DNA of 64,000 nucleotides, from positions 186,001 to 250,000 of the forward strand of contig CAXIUT010000230.1 in assembly GCA_964035545.1 (NCBI GenBank). The letters run 5' to 3'. Under the pieces are notes generated by a model. It ran no database searches and had not been told where the DNA came from. It worked only from the letters and a program-made list of their open reading frames with translations. Both the position numbers and the translations under genes were made by a program. Source of the stretch: Bugula neritina. Lineage: Eukaryota > Animalia > Bryozoa. Below, in pieces: positions 1-16,080 of this stretch. Positions within the stretch are counted from its first letter, which is position 1. Each line of letters opens with the position of its first letter.

Positions 1-690
1 AACTCGCTGAAACATACTGTAACTCACTGAAATATAGTGTAATATACGGAAATGTACTGTAAAATACTGGAATATAATGTAACACACTGAATTATACTGC
101 AACATACTGAAATACACTGAAACATACTGAAATATACTGCAACATCCTGCAACATACTGAAATACACTGTAACATACTGAAATACACTGCAACATCCTAC
201 AAGATACTGAAATACACTGTAACATATTGAAGTACACTGCAATACATTGAAGTATCCTGCAACACACTTAAACACACGGCAACATACTGAAATATACTTC
301 GGCACATTGCAATATACTGCAGCATACTGAAATATGCTGTAGCCTACTGAAATACACTGCATTATACTGAAATACACTGCTACATACTGAAATATACTGC
401 AACATACTGAAATACACTGTAATATGCTGAATTACACTGCAACACATTGAAATATACTGCAACATAGCAAAATATATATTAAACTACTGAAAAATACTTT
501 AACACATTGAAAAATACTGCAACATACATAATTATACTGTAACACACTGAAATATACTGCAACATACTGAAATACACTGTAAAATACTGAAATGTACTGC
601 AACATACTGAAATACACTGCTACATACTGAAATATACTGCAACACACTGCGACATACTGCAACATACTAAAATACACTGTAACATATTGA

Positions 691-3600
691 AATACACTGC
701 AACACATTGAAATATACTGCAATGTACCGAAATATATGGTAAACTACTGAAATATACTGTCACACATTGAAAAACACTGCAACATACTGAAATATACTGC
801 GACACATTGCAATGTACTGTAACATACTGAAATATGCTGTTGCACACTGAAATACACCGCAACTCACTGAAATATACTGCAACATACTGAAATACACTGT
901 AACATATTGAAATATACTGCAACATACTGAAATACAGTGCTACATACTGAAATATACTGCAACATACTGCAATATACTGAAATACACTGTAACATACTGA
1001 AATACACTGCAACATACTACAACATATTGAAAGACACTGCAACACATTGAAATATGCTGCAACATACCTAAACATACGGTAATGTACCAAAATAAACTGT
1101 TACACATTGAAAAATACTGCAACATACTGAAATACACTGCAACACACTGAAAAACACTGCAAAATACTGTAACACACTGAAATATACTGCAAAATACTGA
1201 AATACACTGCTACATACTGAAATATACTACAACACACTGCAACATACTGCAACATACTAAAATATACTGCAACATACTGAAATACACTGCAAAATACTGA
1301 AATACACTGTAACATACTGAAATATACTGCAACATACTGAATTACACTCCTACATACTGAAATATACTGCAACTCCCTGCAACATCCTGCAACATACTAA
1401 AATACACTGTAACATATTGAAATACACTGCAACACATTGAAATATACTGCAAAATATTGAAATACACTGCTACACACTGAAATATACTGCAACACACGGC
1501 AACATACTGCAACATACTAAAATATACTGCAACATACTGAAATACACTGCAAAATACTGAAATACACTGTAACATACTGAAATATACTGCAACATACTGA
1601 AATATACTGCTACATACTGAAATATACTGCAACACACGGCAACATACTGCAACATACTAAAATATACTGCAACATACTGAAATACACTGCAAAATACTGA
1701 AATACACTGTAACATACTGAAATATACTGCAACATACTGAAATACACTGTAACATACTGAAATACACTGCAACACAGTGAAATATACTGCAATGTGCCGA
1801 AATGTATGGTAAACTACTGAAATATACTGTCACACATTGAAAAATACTGCAACATACTGAAATATACTGCGACACATTGCAATATACTGTAACATACCGA
1901 AATATGCTGTAGCGCATTGAAATACACTGCAACTCGCTGAAATATACTGCAACATACTGAAATACACTGTAACATACTGAAATACAGTGCTACATACTGA
2001 AATATACTGCAACATACTGCAACATACTGAAATACACTGTAACAAACTGAAATACACTGCAACGTACTACAACATTTTGAAACACACTGCAACACATTGA
2101 AATATACTGCAACATACCTAAATATACGGGAATATACCAAAATATACTGTAACACATTGAAAAATACTGCAACATACTGAAATACACTGCAACACACTGA
2201 AAAACACTGCAAAATTATGTAACACACTGAAATATACTGCAAAACACTGAAATACACTGCTACATACTGAAATATACTGCAACACAGTGCAACATACTGC
2301 AACATACTAAAATATACTGCAACATACTGAAATACACTGCTAAATACTGAAATACACTGTAACATACTGAAATACACTGCAAAATACTACAACATTTTGA
2401 AATACACTGCAATACATTGAAATATACTGCAACATACCTAAATATACGGTAATATACTGAAATATACTGTAACACATTGAAAAATACTACAAAATACTGA
2501 AATACACTGCAACATACTACAACATACTGAAATACGCTGTAATACATTGAAATCCACTGCAACACATTGAAATATACTGTAACTCGCTGAAACATACTGT
2601 AACTCACTGAAATATAGTGTAATATACGGAAATGTACTGTAAAATACTGGAATATAATGTAACACACTGAAATATACAGCAACATACTGAAATACACTGT
2701 AACATACTGAAATAAACTGCAACATCCTGCAACATACTGAAATACACTGTAACATACCGAAATACACCGCAACATCCTACAAGATACTGAAATACACTGT
2801 AACGTATTGAAGTACACTGCAACACATTGAAGTATTCTGCAACACACTTAAACATACGGCAACATACTGAAATATACTTCGGCACATTGCAATATACTGC
2901 AGCATACTGAAATATGCTGTAGCCTACTGAAATACACTGCATTATACTGAAATACACTGCTACATACTGAAATAAACTGCAACATACTGAAATATACTGC
3001 GACACATTGCAATATACTGTAACATACTGAAATATGCTGTAGCACACTGAAATACACTGCAACTCACTGAAATATACTGCAACATACTGAAATACACTGT
3101 AACATATTGAAATATACTGCAACATACTGAAATACACTGCAACACATTGAAATATACTGCAATGTACCGAAATATATGGTAAACTACTGAAATATACTGT
3201 CACACATTGAAAAACACTGCAACATACTGAAATATACTGCGACACATTGCAATGTACTGTAACATACTGAAATATGCTGTTGCACACTGAAATACACCGC
3301 AACTCACTGAAATATACTGCAACATACTGAAATACACTGTAACATATTGAAATATACTGCAACATACTGAAATACAGTGCTACATACTGAAATATACTGC
3401 AACATACTGCAATATACTGAAATACACTGTAACATACTGAAATACACTGCAACATACTACAACATATTGAAAGACACTGCAACACATTGAAATATGCTGC
3501 AACATACCTAAACATACGGTAATGTACCAAAATAAACTGTTACACATTGAAAAATACTGCAACATACTGAAATACACTGCAACACACTGAAAAACACTGC

Positions 3601-5570
3601 AAAATACTGTAACACACTGAAATATACTGCAAAATACTGAAATACACTGCTACATACTGAAATATACTACAACACACTGCAACATACTGCAACATACTAA
3701 AATATACTGCAACATACTGAAATACACTGCAAAATACTGAAATACACTGTAACATACTGAAATATACTGCAACATACTGAATTACACTCCTACATACTGA
3801 AATATACTGCAACTCCCTGCAACATCCTGCAACATACTAAAATACACTGTAACATATTGAAATACACTGCAACACATTGAAATATACTGCAAAATATTGA
3901 AATACACTGCTACACACTGAAATATACTGCAACACACGGCAACATACTGCAACATACTAAAATATACTGCAACATACTGAAATACACTGCAAAATACTGA
4001 AATACACTGTAACATACTGAAATATACTGCAACATACTGAAATATACTGCTACATACTGAAATATACTGCAACACACGGCAACATACTGCAACATACTAA
4101 AATATACTGCAACATACTGAAATACACTGCAAAATACTGAAATACACTGTAACATACTGAAATATACTGCAACATACTGAAATACACTGTAACATACTGA
4201 AATACACTGCAACACAGTGAAATATACTGCAATGTGCCGAAATGTATGGTAAACTACTGAAATATACTGTCACACATTGAAAAATACTGCAACATACTGA
4301 AATATACTGCGACACATTGCAATATACTGTAACATACCGAAATATGCTGTAGCGCATTGAAATACACTGCAACTCGCTGAAATATACTGCAACATACTGA
4401 AATACACTGTAACATACTGAAATACAGTGCTACATACTGAAATATACTGCAACATACTGCAACATACTGAAATACACTGTAACAAACTGAAATACACTGC
4501 AACGTACTACAACATTTTGAAACACACTGCAACACATTGAAATATACTGCAACATACCTAAATATACGGGAATATACCAAAATATACTGTAACACATTGA
4601 AAAATACTGCAACATACTGAAATACACTGCAACACACTGAAAAACACTGCAAAATTATGTAACACACTGAAATATACTGCAAAACACTGAAATACACTGC
4701 TACATACTGAAATATACTGCAACACAGTGCAACATACTGCAACATACTAAAATATACTGCAACATACTGAAATACACTGCTAAATACTGAAATACACTGT
4801 AACATACTGAAATACACTGCAAAATACTACAACATTTTGAAATACACTGCAATACATTGAAATATACTGCAACATACCTAAATATACGGTAATATACTGA
4901 AATATACTGTAACACATTGAAAAATACTACAAAATACTGAAATACACTGCAACATACTACAACATACTGAAATACGCTGTAATACATTGAAATCCACTGC
5001 AACACATTGAAATATACTGTAACTCGCTGAAACATACTGTAACTCACTGAAATATAGTGTAATATACGGAAATGTACTGTAAAATACTGGAATATAATGT
5101 AACACACTGAAATATACAGCAACATACTGAAATACACTGTAACATACTGAAATAAACTGCAACATCCTGCAACATACTGAAATACACTGTAACATACTGA
5201 AATACACCGCAACATCCTACAAGATACTGAAATACACTGTAACGTATTGAAGTACACTGCAACACATTGAAGTATTCTGCAACACACTTAAACATACGGC
5301 AACATACTGAAATATACTTCGGCACATTGCAATATACTGCAGCATACTGAAATATGCTGTAGCCTACTGAAATACACTGCATTATACTGAAATACACTGC
5401 TACATACTGAAATATACTGCAACATACTGAAATATACTGCGACACATTGCAATATACTGTAACATACTGAAATATGCTGTAGCACACTGAAATACACTGC
5501 AACTCACTGAAATATACTGCAACATACTGAAATACACTGTAACATATTGAAATATACTGCAACATACTGA
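691..5570. repeat. Near-perfect tandem duplication, period 2440 bp (691-3130 / 3131-5570)
   Basis: Rare variants recur at +2440: aatgtaccga 721/3161, attacactcc 1341/3781, aaaattatgt 2211/4651, landmark 2581/5021. ORF-track entries are duplicated at +2440. I saw only isolated differences (2751 vs 5191; 2971 vs 5411). Confidence 0.92.
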
Positions 5571-5820
5571 AATACAGTGCTACATACTGAAATATACTGT
5601 AACATACTGAAATACACTGCAACATACTACAACATATTGAAAGACACTGCAACACATTGAAATATGCTGCAACATACCTAAATATACGGTAATATACCAA
5701 AATAAACTGTTACACATTGAAAAATACTGCAACATACTGAAATACACTGCAACACACTGAAAAACACTGCAAAATACTGTAACACACTGAAATATACTGC
5801 AAAATACTGAAATACACTGC

Positions 5821-6490
5821 TACATACTTAAATATACTGCAACACACTGCAACATACTGCAACATACTAAAATATACTGCAACATACTGAAATACACTGC
5901 AAAATACTGAAATACACTGTAACATACTGAAATATACTGCAACATACTGAAGTACACTCCTACATACTGAAATATACTGCAACTCACTGCAACATACTGC
6001 AACATACTAAAATACACTGTAACATATTGAAATACACTGCAACACATTGAAATATACTGCAAAATATTGAAATACACTGCTACACACTGAAATATACTGC
6101 AACACACGGCAACATACTGCAACATACTAAAATATACTGCAACATACTGAAATACACTGCAAAACACTGAAATACGCTGTAACATACTGAAATATACTGC
6201 AACATACTGAAATATACTGCTACATACTGAAATATACTGCAACACACTGCAACATACTGCAACATACTAAAATACACTGTAACATAATGAAATACACTGC
6301 AACACATTGAAATATACTGCAAAATACTGAAATACACTGCTATATACTGAAATATACTGCAACACACTGCAACATACTGCAACATACTAAAATATACTGC
6401 AACATACTGAAATACACTGCAAAATACTGAAATACACTGTAACATACTGAAATATACTGCAACATACTGAAATACACTGCTACATACTGA
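5821..6490. repeat. 260-bp sub-repeat made of alternating 140- and 120-bp blocks (example copy; recurs in the full-length HOR units)
   Basis: T-initial monomers at 5821, 5961, 6081, 6221, 6341 and 6481 give spacings of 140, 120, 140, 120 and 140. Each is followed by a similar monomer string ending aacatactgc aacatactaa or a close variant. Confidence 0.85.
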
Positions 6491-6980
6491 AATATACGGC
6501 AGCACACTGCAACATACTGAAACATACTAAAATGCACTGTAACATATTGAAATACACTGCAACACAGTGAAATATACTGCAATGTGCCGAAATATATGGT
6601 AAACTACTGAAATATACTGTCACACATTGAAAATTACTGCAACATACTGAAATGAACTGCGACACATTGCAATATACTGTAACATACCGAAATATGCTGT
6701 AGCACATTGAAATACACTGCAACTCACTGAAATACAGTGCTACATACTGAAATACACTGCAACATACTACAACATTTTGAAACACACTGCAACACAATGA
6801 AATATACTGCAACATACCTAAATATACGGTAATATACCAAAATATACTGTAGCACATTGAAAAATACTGCAACATACTGAAATACACTGCAACACACTGA
6901 AGAACACTGCAAAATACTGTAACACACTGAAATATACTGCAAAATACTGAAATACACTGCTACATACTGAAATATACTAC

Positions 6981-8130
6981 AACACACTGCAACATACTGC
7001 AACATACTAAAATATACTGCAACATACTGAAATACACTGCAAAATACTGAAATACACTGTAACATACTGAAATATACTGCAACATACTGAAGTACACTCC
7101 TACATACTGAAATATACTGCAACTCACTGCAACATACTGCAACATACTAAAATACACTGTAACATATTGAAATACACTGCAACACATTGAAATATACTGC
7201 AAAATATTGAAATACACTGCTACACACTGAAATATACTGCAACACACGGCAACATACTGCAACATACTAAAATATACTGCAACATACCGAAATACACTGC
7301 AAAATATTGAAATACACTGTAACATACTGAAATATACTGCAACATACTGAAATATACTGCTACATACTGAAATATACTGCAACACACTGCAACATACTGC
7401 AACATACTAAAACACACTGTAACATAATGAAATACACTGCAACACATTGAAATACACTGCAAAATACTGAAATACACTGCTATATACTGATATATACTGC
7501 AACACACTGCAACATACTGCAACATACTAAAATATACTGCAACATACTGAAATACACTGCAAAATACTGAAATACACTGTAACATACTGAAATATACTGC
7601 AACATACTGAAGTACACTCCTACATACTGAAATATACTGCAACTCACTGCAACATACTGCAACATACTAAAATACACTGTAACATATTGAAATACACTGC
7701 AACACATTGAAATATACTGCAAAATATTGAAATACACTGCTACACACTGAAATATACTGCAACACACGGCAACATACTGCAACATACTAAAATATACTGC
7801 AACATACCGAAATACACTGCAAAATATTGAAATACACTGTAACATACTGAAATATACTGCAACATACTGAAATATACTGCTACATACTGAAATATACTGC
7901 AACACACTGCAACATACTGCAACATACTAAAACACACTGTAACATAATGAAATACACTGCAACACATTGAAATACACTGCAAAATACTGAAATACACTGC
8001 TATATACTGATATATACTGCAACACACTGCAACATACTGCAACATACTAAAATATACTGCAACATACTGAAATACACTGCAAAATACTGAAATACACTGT
8101 AACATACTGAAATATACTGCAACATACTGA
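6981..8130. repeat. Local tandem duplication, period 520 bp (2 x 260)
   Basis: agtacactcc 7091/7611, aacataccga 7281/7801, and the variant tatatactga tatatactgc at 7481/8001. Confidence 0.9.
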
Positions 8131-11100
8131 AATACACTGCTACATACTGAAATATACGGCAACACACTGCAACATACTGAAACATACTAAAATACACTGT
8201 AACATATTGAAAAACACTGCAACACAGTGAAATATACTGCAATGTGCCGAAATGTATGGTAAACTACTGAAATATACTGTCACACATTGAAAAATACTGC
8301 AACATACTGAAATATACTGCGACACATTGCAATATACTGTAACATACCGAAATATGCTGTAGCGCATTGAAATACACTGCAACTCACTGAAATATACTGC
8401 AACATACTGAAATACACTGTAACATATTGAAATACACTGCAACATACTGAAATACAGTGCTACATACTGAAATATACTGCAACATACTGCAACATACTGA
8501 AATACACTGTAACAAACTGAAATACACTGCAACATACTACAACATATTGAAAGACACTGCAACACATTGAAATATACTGCAACATACCTAAATATACGGG
8601 AATATACCAAAATATACTGTAACACATTGAAAAATACTGCAACATACTGAAATACACTGCAACACACTGAAAAACACTGCAAAATACTGTAACACACTGA
8701 AATATACTGCAAAACACTGAAATACACTGCTACATACTGAAATATACTGCAACACAGTGCAACATCCTGCAACATACTAAAATATACTGCAACATACTGA
8801 AATACACTGCTAAATACTGAAATACACTGTAACATACTGAAATACACTGCAAAATACTACAACATTTTGAAATACACTGCAATACATTGAAATATACTGC
8901 AACATACCTAAATATACGGTAATATACTGAAATATACTGTAACACATTGAAAAATACTACAAAATACTGAAATACACTGCAACATACTACAACATACTGA
9001 AATACGCTGTAATACAGTGAAATCCACTGCAACACATTGAAATATACTGTAACTCGCTGAAACATACTGTAACTCACTGAAATATAGTGTAATATACGGA
9101 AATGTACTGTAAAATACTGGAATATAATGTAACACACTGAAATATACTGCAACATACTGAAATACACTGTAACATACTGAAATAAACTGCAACATCCTGC
9201 AACATACTGAAATACACTGTAACATACTGAAATACACTGCAACATCCTACAAGATACTGAAATACACTGTAACGTATTGAAGTACACTGCAACACATTGA
9301 AGTATTCTGCAACACACTTAAACATACGGCAACATACTGAAATATACTTCGGCACATTGCAATATACTGCAGCATACTGAAATATGCTGTAGCCTACTGA
9401 AATACACTGCATTATACTGAAATACACTGCTACATACTGAAATACACTGTAACATCTTGAAATACAGTGCTACATACTGAAATATACTGCAACATACTGC
9501 AACATACTGAAATACACTGTAACAAACTGAAATACACTGCAACGTACTACAACATTTTGAAACACACTGCAACACATTGAAATATACTGCAACATACCTA
9601 AATATACGGGAATATACCAAAATATACTGTAACACATTGAAAAATACTGCAACATACTGAAATACACTGCAACACACTGAAAAACCCTGCAAAATTATGT
9701 AACACACTGAAATATACTGCAAAACACTGAAATACACTGCTACATACTGAAATATACTGCAACACAGTGCAACATACTGCAACATACTAAAATATACTGC
9801 AACATACTGAAATACACTGCTAAATACTGAAATACACTGTAACATACTGAAATACACTGCAAAATACTACAACATTTTGAAATACACTGCAAAACATTGA
9901 AATATACTGCAACATACCTAAATATACGGTAATATACTGAAATATACTGTAACACATTGAAAAATACTACAAAATACTGAAATACACTGCAACATACTAC
10001 AACATACTGAAATACGCTGTAATACAATGAAATCCACTGCAACACATTGAAATATACTGTAACTCGCTGAAACATACTGTAACTCACTGAAATATAGTGT
10101 AATATACGGAAATGTACTGTAAAATACTGGAATATAATGTAACACACTGAAATATACAGCAACATACTGAAATACACTGTAACATACTGAAATAAACTGC
10201 AACATCCTGCAACATACTGAAATACACTGTAACATACTGAAATACACCGCAACATCCTACAAGATACTGAAATACACTGTAACGTATTGAAGTACACTGC
10301 AACACATTGAAGTATTCTGCAACACACTTAAACATACGGCAACATACTGAAATATACTTCGGCACATTGCAATATACTGCAGCATACTGAAATATGCTGT
10401 AGCCTACTGAAATACACTGCATTATACTGAAATACACTGCTACATACTGAAATATACTGCAACATACTGAAATATACTGCGACACATTGCAATATACTGT
10501 AACATACTGAAATATGCTGTAGCACACTGAAATACACTGCAACTCACTGAAATATACTGCAACATACTGAAATACACTGTAACATATTGAAATATACTGC
10601 AACATACTGAAATACAGTGCTACATACTGAAATATACTGTAACATACTGAAATACACTGCAACATACTACAACATATTGAAAGACACTGCAACACATTGA
10701 AATATGCTGCAACATACCTAAATATACGGTAATATACCAAAATAAACTGTTACACATTGAAAAATACTGCAACATACTGAAATACACTGCAACACACTGA
10801 AAAACACTGCAAAATACTGTAACACACTGAAATATACTGCAAAATACTGAAATACACTGCTACATACTTAAATATACTGCAACACACTGCAACATACTGC
10901 AACATACTAAAATATACTGCAACATACTGAAATACACTGCAAAATACTGAAATACACTGTAACATACTGAAATATACTGCAACATACTGAAGTACACTCC
11001 TACATACTGAAATATACTGCAACTCACTGCAACATACTGCAACATACTAAAATACACTGTAACATATTGAAATACACTGCAACACATTGAAATATACTGC

Positions 11101-13060
11101 AAAATATTGAAATACACTGCTACACACTGAAATATACTGCAACACACGGCAACATACTGCAACATACTAAAATATACTGCAACATACCGAAATACACTGC
11201 AAAATACTGAAATACACTGTAACATACTGAAATATACTGCAACATACTGAAATATACTGCTACATACTGAAATATACTGCAACACACTGCAACATACTGC
11301 AACATACTAAAATACACTGTAACATATTGAAATACACTGCAACACAGTGAAATATACTGCAATGTGCCGAAATGTATGGTAAACTACTGAAATATACTGT
11401 CACACATTGAAAAATACTGCAACATACTGAAATATACTGCGACACATTGCAATATACTGTAACATACCGAAATATGCTGTAGCGCATTGAAATACACTGC
11501 AACTCACTGAAATATACTGCAACATACTGAAATACACTGTAACATATTGAAATACACTGCAACATACTGAAATACAGTGCTACATACTGAAATATACTGC
11601 AACATACTGCAACATAATGAAATACACTGTAACAAACTGAAATACACTGCAACATACTACAACGTATTGAAAGACACTGCAACACATTGAAATATACTGC
11701 AACATACCTAAATATACGGGAATATACCAAAATATACTGTAACACATTGAAAAATACTGCAACATACTGAAATACACTGCAACACACTGAAAAACACTGC
11801 AAAATACTGTAACACACTGAAATATACTGCAAAACACTGAAATACACTGCTACATACTGAAATATACTGCAACACAGTGCAACATCCTGCAACATACTAA
11901 AATATACTGCAACATACTGAAATACACTGCTAAATACTGAAATACACTGTAACATACTGAAATACACTGCAAAATACTACAACATTTTGAAATACACTGC
12001 AATACATTGAAATATACTGCAACATACCTAAATATACGGTAATATACTGAAATATACTGTAACACATTGAAAAATACTACAAAATACTGAAATACACTGC
12101 AACATACTACAACATACTGAAATACGCTGTAATACAGTGAAATCCACTGCAACACATTGAAATATACTGTAACTCGCTGAAACATACTGTAACTCACTGA
12201 AATATAGTGTAATATACGGAAATGTACTGTAAAATACTGGAATATAATGTAACACACTGAAATATACTGCAACATACTGAAATACACTGTAACATACTGA
12301 AATAAACTGCAACATCCTGCAACATACTGAAATACACTGTAACATACTGAAATACACTGCAACATCCTACAAGATACTGAAATACACTGTAACGTATTGA
12401 AGTACACTGCAACACATTGAAGTATTCTGCAACACACTTAAACATACGGCAACATACTGAAATATACTTCGGCACATTGCAATATACTGCAGCATACTGA
12501 AATATGCTGTAGCCTACTGAAATACACTGCATTATACTGAAATACACTGCTACATACTGAAATATACTGCAACATACTGAAATATACTGCGACACATTGC
12601 AATATACTGTAACATACTGAAATATGCTGTAGCACACTGAAATACACTGCAACTCACTGAAATATACTGCAACATACTGAAATACACTGTAACATATTGA
12701 AATATACTGCAACATACTGAAATACAGTGCTACATACTGAAATATACTGCAACATACTGCAACATACTGAAATACACTGCAACATACTGAAATACACTGC
12801 AACATACTACAACATATTGAAAGACACTGCAACACATTGAAATATGCTGCAACATACCTAAATATACGGTAATATACCAAAATAAACTGTTACACATTGA
12901 AAAATACTGCAACATACTGAAATACACTGCAACACACTGAAAAACACTGCAAAATACAGTAACACACTGAAATATACTGCAAAATACTGAAATACACTGC
13001 TACATACTTAAATATACTGCAACACACTGCAACATACTGCAACATACTAAAATATACTGC

Positions 13061-16000
13061 AACATACTGAAATACACTGCAAAATACTGAAATACACTGT
13101 AACATACTGAAATATACTGCAACATACTGAAGTACACTCCTACATACTGAAATATACTGCAACTCACTGCAACATACTGCAACATACTAAAATACACTGT
13201 AACATATTGAAATACACTGCAACACATTGAAATATACTGCAAAATATTGAAATACACTGCTACACACTGAAATATACTGCAACACATGGCAACATACTGC
13301 AACATACTAAAATATACTGCAACATACTGAAATACACTGCAAAATACTGAAATACGCTGTAACATACTGAAATATACTGCAACATACTGAAATATACTGC
13401 TACATACTGAAATATACTGCAACACACTGCAACATACTGCAACATACTAAAATACACTGTAACATAATGAAATACACTGCAACACATTGAAATATACTGC
13501 AAAATACTGAAATACACTGCTATATACTGAAATATACTGCAACACACTGAAACATACTGCAACATACTAAAATATACTGCAACATACTGAAATATACTGC
13601 AACACAGTGAAATATACTGCAATGTGCCGAAATATATGGTAAACTACTGAAATATACTGTCACACATTGAAAATTACTGCAACATACTGAAATAAACTGC
13701 GACACATTGCAATATACTGTAACATACCGAAATATGCTGTAGCACATTGAAATACACTGCAACTCACTGAAATACAGTGCTACATACTGAAATATACTGC
13801 AACATACTGCAACATACTGAAATACACTGTAACAAACTGAAATACACTGCAACATACTACAACATTTTGAAACACACTGCAACACATTGAAATATACTGC
13901 AACATACCTAAATATACGGTAATATACCAAAATATACTGTAACACATTGAAAAATACTGCAACATACTGAAATACATTGCAACACACTGAAAAACACTGC
14001 AAAATACTGTAACACACTGAAATAAACTGCAAAACACTGAAATACACTGCTTCATACTGAAATACACTGCAAAATACTGAAATACACTGTAACATACTGA
14101 AATATACTGCAACATACTGAAGTACACTCCTACATACTGAAATATACTGCAACTCCCTGCAACATACTGCAACATACTAAAATACACTGTAACATATTGA
14201 AATACACTGCAACACATTGAAATATACTGCAAAATATTGAAATACACTGCTACACACTGAAATATACTGCAACACACGGCAACATACTGCAACATACTAA
14301 AATATACTGCAACATACTGAAATACACTGCAAAATACTGAAATACACTGTAACATACTGAAATATACTGCAACATACTGAAATATACTGCTACATACTGA
14401 AATATACTGCAACACACGGCAACATACTGCAACATACTAAAATATACTGCAACATACTGAAATACACTGCAAAATACTGAAATACACTGTAACATACTGA
14501 AATATACTGCAGCATACTGAAATATACTGCTACATACTGAAATATACTGCAACACACTGCAACATACTGCAACATACTAAAACACACTGTAACATAATGA
14601 AATACACTGCAACACATTGAAATATACTGCAAAATACTGAAATACACTGCTATATACTGAGATATACTGCAACACACTGCAACATACTGCAACATACTAA
14701 AATATACTGCAACATACTGAAATACACTGCAAAATACTGAAATACACTGTAACATACTGAAATATACTGCAACATACTGAAATACACTGCTACATACTGA
14801 AATATACGGCAACACACTGCAACATACTGAAACATACTAAAATACACTGTAACATATTGAAATACACTGCAACACAGTGAAATATACTGCAATGTGCCGA
14901 AATGTATGGTAAACTACTGAAATATACTGTCACACATCGAAAAATACTGCAACATACTGAAATATACTGCGACACATTGCAATATACTGTAACATACCGA
15001 GATATGCTGTAGCGCATTGAAATACACTGCAACTCGCTGAAATATACTGCAACATACTGAAATACACTGTAACATACTGAAATACAGTGCTACATACTGA
15101 AATATACTGCAACATACTGCAACATACTGAAATACACTGTAACAAACTGAAATACACTGCAACGTACTACAACATTTTGAAACACACTGCAACACATTGA
15201 AATATACTGCAACATACCTAAATATACGGGAATATACCAAAATATACTGTAACACATTGAAAAATACTGCAACATACTGAAATACACTGCAACACACTGA
15301 AAAACACTGCAAAATACTGTAACACACTGAAACATACTGCAAAACACTGAAATACACTGCTACATACTGAAATATACTGCAACACAGTGCAACATACTGC
15401 AACATACTAAAATATACTGCAACATACTGAAATACACTGCTAAATACTGAAATACACTGTAACATACTGAAATACACTGCAAAATACTACAACATTTTGA
15501 AATACACTGCAATACATTGAAATATACTGCAACATACCTAAATATACGGTAATATACTGAAATATACTGTAACACATTGAAAAATACTACAAAATACTGA
15601 AATACACTGCAACATACTACAACATACTGAAATACGCTGTAATACATTGAAATCCACTGCAACACATTGAAATATACTGTAACTCGCTGAAACATACTGT
15701 AACTCACTGAAATATAGTGTAATATACAGAAATGTACTGTAAAATACTGGAATATAATGTAACACACTGAAATATACAGCAACATACTGAAGTACACTGT
15801 AACATACTGAAATAAACTGCAACATCCTGCAACATACTGAAATACACTGTAACATACTGAAATACACCGCAACATCCTACAAGATACTGAAATACACTGT
15901 AACGTATTGAAGTACACTGCAACACATTGAAGTATTCTGCAACACACTTAAACATACGGCAACATACTGAAATATACTTCGGCACATTGCAATATACTGC

Positions 16001-16080
16001 AGCATACTGAAATATGCTGTAGCCTACTGAAATACACTGCATTATACTGAAATACACTGCTACATACTGAAATATACTGC
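13061..16080. repeat. About 3-kb flank-type HOR segment with a close copy at about 55641-58660 (offset 42580)
   Basis: aacacatggc 13281/55861, ttcatactga 14051/56631, aactccctgc 14151/56731. ORF-track entries match at +42580. Confidence 0.85.
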
